The position numbers and the translations under genes were made by a program. The notes under the pieces were generated by a model. It was given only the letters and a program-made list of their open reading frames with translations, had not been told where the DNA came from and searched no databases. A stretch of 64,000 nt of DNA from Malacoraja senta (taxonomy: Eukaryota): NCBI GenBank assembly GCA_038087875.1, contig CM075984.1:48174001-48238000 (forward strand), in the 5' to 3' direction. Shown here one piece after another: positions 27,701-36,700 of the stretch; positions within the stretch are counted from its first letter, which is position 1, and every line of letters begins with the position of its first letter.

Positions 27701-30700
27701 AGTACCAATGGATCAACTGCATAATCAGTAGCAGAACTCTTAATATGGAATTTGATTTCATGTTGCCACTGCAAATGCCATTCAGATAGGTTAGCCAGTG
27801 TATAACAATGGGAAAGATTACATGTTGGTCTCTAAAGGAAATGTGAGTGTGAAATTGATCACTGAGTTCAGTTAAGTAAATTGATGCTGGATTTCATGTC
27901 CTGTTTTAATTGAAGATGGCTAGTTTTTGTACACTCCTGCTAATAGTATGTTGTGCTATGCAATGCTGCAGAGTTTGTTGAACAAGATAATTTCAATAGT
28001 AGATTGCATTTACACTGCACCTTTAAATTAGAGAGGTAATACACAGTTCCTTTATGGCAAGAATCAGATTAACAATTAAAGATAGACAAAGCTGGAGAAA
28101 CTCAGCGGAACAGGCAGCATCAATGGAGTGAAGGAATAGGCGACGTTTCGGGTCGAGACCCTTCAGACTGATGTCGGGGGGGGCGGGAAAAAGAAAGGAA
28201 CAGGTGGAGACAGTAGGCTGTGGGAGAGCTGGGAAGGGGAGGGGAGAGATCTCTGCCTCTTCCTTTCTTTTTCCTGCACCCACCACCCCCCCCGACATCG
28301 TTCTGAAGACAGGTCTCGACCCAAAACGTTGCCTATTCCTTCGCTCCATGGATGCTGCCTCGCCTGCTAAGTTTCTCCTGCGTTTTTGTCTACCTTCGAT
28401 TTTTCCCGCGTCTGCAGTTCTTTCTTAAAGATTAACAATTAAGGTAGCTTCTCATAAGTGCAAAACTCTACTTGGTGATCCGTAGCCCGTATCTGTAAAT
28501 GCCTCTGCTTATTAGGTCTACTACACCAGGCTCAAGGTATTGGAGAAACAATGTAGATTGATTATAAGAATGGTTGTGATATTGGCAAGTTAGGTGGGAA
28601 TGTTTATCCTTAGAAATCAGTTAGATTTAAAATCCTATCACTTGATGAATGATCAGTCAATGAGATATTTGTTTAAATTAGGGGCTGACTGAACAGGAAG
28701 CTCACTTGACAATTCAGGTGAAGGACTTTGAAGCAAATGTGATCGCAGTCGTTCCTGATCAGAATAAACAGAAACAGCTACAGAAGACACTGGATACATA
28801 CAAGAAAGGTTAGCTCGTGTTCAATGTTATGTATCTTTTCCATTATTTGGGGCTTCACATGAAAACTTAGTCTCTTTCTTGGAACTTGGAGATGTTTCAC
28901 TCCTCCAAATTCATTAATAAATGGTTACTATATTTAACATGTTTAAGATTTGTTGAGCAATTATATAATTAAACTGCCTATAATTTTTAGATGAATTAAA
29001 ATATTGATGCATTAAAAATCGTCAATCCTGTTATCCTGTTGGTTTTTTTCCTTCTTCAGAGTATGAGAAGGCTGCAGCAAAGGCTGGAAAAATTGAAGCA
29101 GAGGTGAAACGATTGCATGAACTTATTGTTGAAATCAATAATAAAAAACTTAAAGCCCAACAGGATAAACTGGATAAAATTAACAAAGAAATAGATGATT
29201 GTTCCTCTTCCATTACAAAAGCACAAGTTGCTATAAAAACTGCAGGAAGGTAAGTTCCAACAGAAGTTTTAAAAAAAATTAAGTCAAAATGTCTAGCAGG
29301 CCATATTGCATGTGTAACGGAAGAGACAAAATGCACATTTCATGCAAGTCACCTTCCATTAGAGCTCTAAAAGCATAAATGTAAATTCATCAAGTATGAT
29401 TCTGTTGAAACGCAGGAAATTAATTCAGCTTGTTTCATGGTTGTCTGATCTGCTAGGTATTTCTAGCAATGATTTTCATTTGGATTTCTGTCCTCTGTAT
29501 TTTGCTTTGATTGAAATACAATGTTTTTAAGCAAGGATAGGGTGCTTGTGGGAGGAAGAAATGGGGTTAGATGCTGACATGTCAGTTAGTCCAACTAACT
29601 CATAGCTCAAGGAATGCAGGTTTGATCCTGAAGTCATGTGTTGCCATTGTGGATTTTGCACATATTTCCTGTGACCGTATGCTCAGTATAGGACAAAGAA
29701 TCAAAGAAGAGTTGATGGATGAGAGAGAGCAAGGTGTAGTGTATAGAGAAATATGGTTATGGCAAATAGAATGATGGGATTGTTTTGGTTGTAGCTGGCA
29801 AAGACCTGAAGTGCCGAATGGCCTTCTATGTGGTAATGAGTAAGTCAATGAAAGGCAAGGTCAAAGTGAAAGATGCGAATAATTAAATAATAATGAAGCT
29901 AAAAGGGGAAATGCGTATGAAGATGAGTGCAAAACAAAATTATTATGAGTGCTATCCAATGGGAGTGGTGGGGGGGAGACATTAAGCAGTGGTCATCATT
30001 GGAAATCTCTCCTGCACCATGATGCGCTAGTGACCCCATGTTTCGTGAACCCATCGAACCTAATCCCATTCACAATTGCCCTCTTAAGCTTGTTCTACCT
30101 TAAATTACTTATTTTTTAACTTGAGTCACTTAAATAGATTATTTTGATGGTTTGCGTGGAACATCCATTTCTATCCTGCTTCAGTCCTCTCCCTCTTTAC
30201 TTTTGAACTGAGCCAATTTCTGTTTTTGTCCTGCATTAAATGGGAAATATTAATCAAATCTGCTTCCATTTTTAACCTTGACTTTGCACTTTGGCCAACG
30301 TAAAGCACTTTGGCCAACGAGAGTTGTTTTTTAAATGTGCTATATAAATAAATGTGACTTGACTTGACTTTTGTCAACTTCTGTGCCTGCATTTCTCGAG
30401 ATAAAAGTCTTAAAACTTTCGCTTTCTCCCTGCTTCTCAATTGTATTGAATGTCAATACATGGAGCCCTTGACAAAGTTCGTCTCAATTTGCACATTTCT
30501 GCTTTGGGCCCATTCTCTTCCAGAACTGAGAAGTTTCCTTTAAACTCACTTTCCACCCATCTGCCATTACTTTCAGAGGATTTTCTTCTGCCACCTTCAT
30601 TGTGCTGCTATGAGGGAATTTATCTTGTACTCGCTTTAACGTGCTCTCTCCACAGAGCCCTGGCCATTCTTCATCCGTTCTTTTTTCACAGCACTATAGA

Positions 30701-33700
30701 TTGATATCCTTAATGCATAAGTACATCAATGGCATCACAGCCATGAAGAGTTTTTGAAAATATGTTGCATTTAGAAAGAGCTAAAATAATTATTAATAAT
30801 TATTCCTTTGAATATTCTTTTTAACACATTTTGTGCTGCTTAATGCTTTTCTTTATTTGAAATCTTGAAGTTGTCTTGCACCAAACTGCAATTCTATATT
30901 ATGTACACCCTGAGATTAGGGTGACTAATTTGTGTTTTACCTCCTGTTTATGAGCTACACGTTTCCCGTTGGCTATCATTTTAACATCTAATCTACTCTG
31001 ATCTCTGTTCACAGCCCCTTCCATTGTTTCCAATGAAATTTAACATGGCTATCATTAGGGAACTTCATTGCATTCTGGCCTCAACACTGGGTGCTGCATT
31101 TATTTTTAGTATCATTCTTAAGAGCAACTATTGGTCATGATTGTGCTGTTCATCATTTGATTCATATTCGTGCAAAAAAATGTTATAAATATTACCTTTT
31201 CAGAAATTTTAAAAAAGCAGAAGAATCAGTGAAGCGAATCGGAGAAGAAATTGAAGAGAACAAAAAAGAGATTGAAGATCTAACAAAAGAACTAAAAAGA
31301 TTGGAGGAAGATGGTGCTATTGTGCTCAAAGAAAGCACTGAAGCTCAGGTACAGAACATAAGTTGTTACAGAGGAAAAGTCTAGAGAAATATGGGCTAAA
31401 TACAAACAAATAGCATTTGCTTGGATAGGCATCTAGGTTGGTATGGACGGCCTGTAGATTGTTTCCATGTTGTATAATGCTATGAATCATATAAGCTGTG
31501 CTGTATGACCAATCTAGTAATTTAATTCAAATATGTTAGTTTGAAAATTCTCATGGAGTGGTCTGCAAATTCAACATGCATGTGTACAATCTTTGTCAGT
31601 TCTTCGTGTGCAAAGTCAATTTCAAAGCTTCAAAATGCCAAACTTGAAAGGCTGAAAAACTAAGAATGATTACTAATAACACGAGGTCTATACTTTAATG
31701 GCTAAAATTTCCAATGAAAAGTTCTTTAATGTAAGAGATTTTCCAAGAGCTAATGGGAATTGGAGGAGTTAAACAAAACTTTGGGTTTTAAAATGTCTTT
31801 GAATAGAGGAATTTTGCAGGAGTTCAAGTAAATCTCAAATCATAAAGTCTGCGCAACTGAAAAGAGCTTCCAATATGTGAGCAAAACGGGGATACTGAGA
31901 TATCTTTTGTACATACGGGAACACGTAATTACATGATTATGGGGTTATGAATTTAGTTGCGAACCAAAGACAGATCCTGAGCATTCTGGACATAAATTAT
32001 AACTTATGGAAACTTGATGAATCTGTACATTTAAGGTGGAAATTGATAGATTTTTGTATTGAGGAATTGTGGGAAAATGACAGGTACAAGCTTGTCTATC
32101 TGATTGAACAGCAGAACAGGAACAGTTCCGTCAACGTGTAGTAGAATTTTGAAATCCACCCCCAAAAAGTTGTCTATTGAAGATTTTTAATGCATCAATA
32201 TTTTTATTAGACATGGGGTAAAAGACCAAAAATGGATTTATCTTTAAATTTAACTACTACCAGAACAAAAAAACGTGTTAATGTATCCAAATAAATGGAA
32301 GCCATTTGATCTTTATCTGACTGCAAATGCATTCTATTTAAGAAAATGTCTTTCTTTCAAATCTTTCCTGTGTGGTAAGGAATCTATTGACTAAAATCAA
32401 TATGTAATTGAGAGTGGTTGCATGGATTTAAGTAAACAAGAAATATAACAATTAAAAATTGATAATGCACCCCTACTTTGGGACCATTCCTCTATCATAG
32501 CCATTAGTTCTGAAAAAGAATGAGTGCAACTGTTGTTTCTTGTGCATTTAACATTTGAATGTGATTGCTGTGTGGCTTACAAATTAATTTTCATACAAGC
32601 GATAATATTAAATAGTGTTGTCTTCTTCGGTGGGGAGAAAGCTGCTTGTATTTTACGACATCGACTGTTATATTTTAACATTGACAGAATTTATCTGGGC
32701 CTTTAGTTAATATGAACTTTGCAAGTATGTGTCATTAGATAATTCACAATGAAAAGTTAGTATTTCATATGTATTCAGGGTCTTCACTTTCCCAAATTTC
32801 CATTATAAAATTCTCTGTAAAATATTTTAACAGATGAATTTGTCTTTGCCGATTGAGGTACGTTAGCAAGATCATTTGGACAATTGAAATAAATACCAAT
32901 CTATCTTGGATTGTTTAAAAGATCTTTTTGCATCAAATGTTTACGCTTTGACCTTTCGATTTTCCATAGGAACAATTAACAACTGTAACTGACGAACGTA
33001 ATTGTTTACTGCAAGAACTTAAGACAATTCAGGAAGAACAACAGACACTTCAGAAAGAAACTCTTAACATTCGTCTAAAGTTGGAACAGATAGACGGGCA
33101 TATTGCAGAACACCAATCTAAACTTAAATTCTGGCAGAAAAAGGTAAGGGAGAGAAAAAAACTTGTTATTTAAAAATGGTTAGGATGCTAATGACATTGT
33201 TTATGCAGGGAGTAGCCAAGCTATATTAACTAGGAAAAAATGTGTTTCCGTTTATAGTCTGCTAACTTTGCTGCTTTCATCTGGGGAAGCCTGCAGGCTT
33301 TGTACAGGTGATCTCCAGCTTGCATTGAGAAGAGGGGTAATGTGAATAAGTTGTGATTGATTTGTCCAACTATCTTTGTATGTGGGAAGCAAGAAATGGG
33401 AGATCATAATGAACGCAGTGTTGCGTTCTGCTGCAAAGCCCCCTACAGTGAAAAGCCTGCTAAACTTTCTGTTCGTGCTTACACTTAATTTTAAAAGAAC
33501 GGACAGCCAAACCTTCCTCAGTGACCAGTTCTGTGCTTCATTGATTTTAGACGAAGTAAATCTTGGAAATGAATAGTCTTGTCGAATTTCTTAATCAGCT
33601 CTTTAAAACTGAAAAGTGACTTGCCAAACACCTTTTTGTTGATAGTTTTATTTTTTGTTACTGCTTTAGTGACTAGGGTTTTTATTGTGATAACTGTTGA

Positions 33701-36700
33701 TGTATTATTTGACTGACTTGTTTATGGAACAAATGGAAAAGTAAGTTTAAATTAAATAAGATGTATGTTTTCTTTTTAATTTTCTGTAATTTGACTCTAG
33801 ATATCAAAGCTTTCTTTACATCCATCTGACAAACCAGCAGAAGAACTTAAAGAATTAAGTGAGGTGGATCTGCAAGGAATTAATCCAGATGTGATAAATA
33901 ATCAGATTGCACTTCTGGAAGCTAAGTGCCTCGATATGAAGCCAAACCTGGGTTCAATTGCTGCATACAAGAAGAAAGTACGTTCTGGAATTCTTGCTTG
34001 TCTTGTAGAGGTTACATTTGTTAGATTTGAACCTTTTTTAATGTGCTGTTTATCTGCAGGAAGATCTCTACCTGCAGCGTGTGGGTGAGTTGGATGAAAT
34101 TACTGATAAACGTGATAAATTCAGACGTGCCTTTGAAGACTTGAGGAAGCAGCGTCTAAATGAATTTATGGCTGGCTTTAATATGATCACCAATAAGTTG
34201 AAGGAGAATTACCAAATGCTTACACTAGGTGGAGATGCTGAACTGGAGTTGGTTGACAGTCTAGATCCTTTTTCTGAAGGAATTATGTTCAGGTAGGAAA
34301 CTTTGCTTTTTACGCAAGTGTTGACATAATTGCATTATGAAGCCCAGTGGAATTTGAACCATGACATGTCTAGACAATATTTTCTTTGTTTTCCACTCCT
34401 TGTTTACCAGATTAAAGATTAAATGGGATACTGACAAGCATCTTGAAATCACATTTATTCATATTTATTATCTTCTTGCTACACTATCAGTAACTATAAC
34501 TGCTGGTTTTACTGTTAATTTGTAGTCCTGAACACTACCGACCAAAAGTACTAAGAGTGCTACTTTTGTAACAGTGGGAATATTTTTTTCCATATATATA
34601 GTCGTCAAGTCAAGAGAGTTTGTCATGTGTCCCAGATAGGACAATTACATTCTTGCTTGCTACAGCACAACAGAATATTGTAAGCATAAATACAGAACAG
34701 TTCAGTGTGTCTGTACAGCATTCACATAAATAAACAGCAATAGGATGTTATAGTTCAAAGTTTGTTTGATGGCGAGTTTAATAGCCTGATGGCTGTGGGG
34801 AAGTAGCTGTTCCTGAACCTGCATGTACCAGATTTCGGCCTCCTGTACCTTCTACCTGATGAGTGTGTGGCCAGATGGTGTGGGTCCTTGATGATGTTGG
34901 CAGTCTTTTTGAGGCAGCGACTACGATAGATCCCTTCGATGGTGGGGAGGTCAGAGCCGATGATGGACTGGGCACAACATTTTGCATTCTTTCTCGCTCC
35001 TGGACGCTCAGGTTGCTGAACCAAGCCACGATGCAACCAGTCAGCATGCTCTCTACTGTGCACCTGTAGAAGTTCGAGAGAGTGCTCTTTGACATACCGA
35101 CTCTCCGTAATCTTCTCAGGAAGTAGAGGCGCTGATGTGCTTTCTTTATAATTGTATCAGTGTCCTGGGACCAGGAAAGATCTTCGGAAATATGCACGCC
35201 CAGGAATTTGAAGTTCTTGACCCTTTCCACCATCGTCCCGTTGATATAAATGGGATTTTGGGTCCCTATCCTGCTCCATCCATAGTCCACAATCAGTTCC
35301 TTTGTTTTGCTGGTGTTGAGAGCCAGGTTATTGTGCTGGCACCATTTGGTCAATTGGTCGATCTCACTTCTTTACTCTGACTCGTCACTGTCTTATTCGT
35401 CCCACAACAGTGGTGTCGTCGGCGAACTTGATGATGGAGTTCACTCTATGTACGGCTACGCAGTCATGAGTATAGAGTGAGTAAAGCAGGGGGCTGAGCT
35501 CGCAGCCTTGAAGGAAAAAAAAGTACATGACTGACCAATATTAAAATGCACCTGGGTTTAAAACCCCGGGAGAGTTGAACATCATAGAATAATTGTAAAA
35601 CAAATGGAACTGTTGGGTTTTTTCTGGTATAAATGCCCCGTTCTTTTGAGCAATTTTAGTCACATAGAATCATTTAATTAGATGGGAATTTAATTTTAAT
35701 AATAGGATTAAATAAGCTGCTGCTGGCTAATACTGAAATTATTTAAATTTGAGGGAATGCTTGTTTTCTTTATAATTTTAATGGAAACCTAACCTGTTCT
35801 TCTAGTGTGCGTCCACCAAAGAAAAGCTGGAAAAAGATTTTCAATATTTCTGGTGGAGAGAAGACTCTCAGTTCTCTGGCTCTAGTTTTTGCACTTCATC
35901 ATTACAAGCCTACTCCATTATACTTCATGGATGAGATTGATGCAGCGCTGGATTTCAGAAATGTTTCAATTGTTGCACATTATATTTATGTAAGTAACAG
36001 CAGTGTAAAACCATAAGAACACTCTAAAATCTAGAAATTTTATGACCATATTTTTAAGACTGGATAAAATAGTATTAAGCCTAGTTTAACAAATATTCTT
36101 CGATATTTAAGACTGCTTGTAAAAATGTTATTTAACTGCATTTGATGTTTCCAATAAGAATGGAAACTAGTGCTGCCACGCTGGTTTTAGTGCGGAGAAT
36201 TTTTGTATAAATCATTCTCCCCATAATAACAAACATTGGAAAGGTGAAACGACAAATAAGCTTGCTTCTATTTTGCATCTTCCACAATCTAATCCTAATA
36301 TGTTTCACAGGAAATTAAGAACTCTTATAAAGAAAGTAAGCCTTAAATTATAGGAAATTCGAACAGTAGTTTCTCTCAGCAAGGTGCCGCTATTGCCAAT
36401 GAATTAACCAAAGAGACCATTAGTATTGAATTGCTTATGTAGTGTCATAATGTCATCTTGCATTCATCTGAAGGGCAAGGTGGGACATAAAGGTGGGAGG
36501 GGAGGAAATAATCCTGGCTCTGTAAGGCAGCAACTCTACCGCTGCGCCACTGTGCCGTCAACTCGCCAAGCTGATGCATCAACTGGTCTTAATTTGGCCG
36601 GCTATGGGAAATTATCAATGCTTTATGGTGATGACAAATTATATGCTGCTTAAATTCCAATGTAGTTCTCCTTCAGACAACTGGAGTTTATTTGCAAAAG

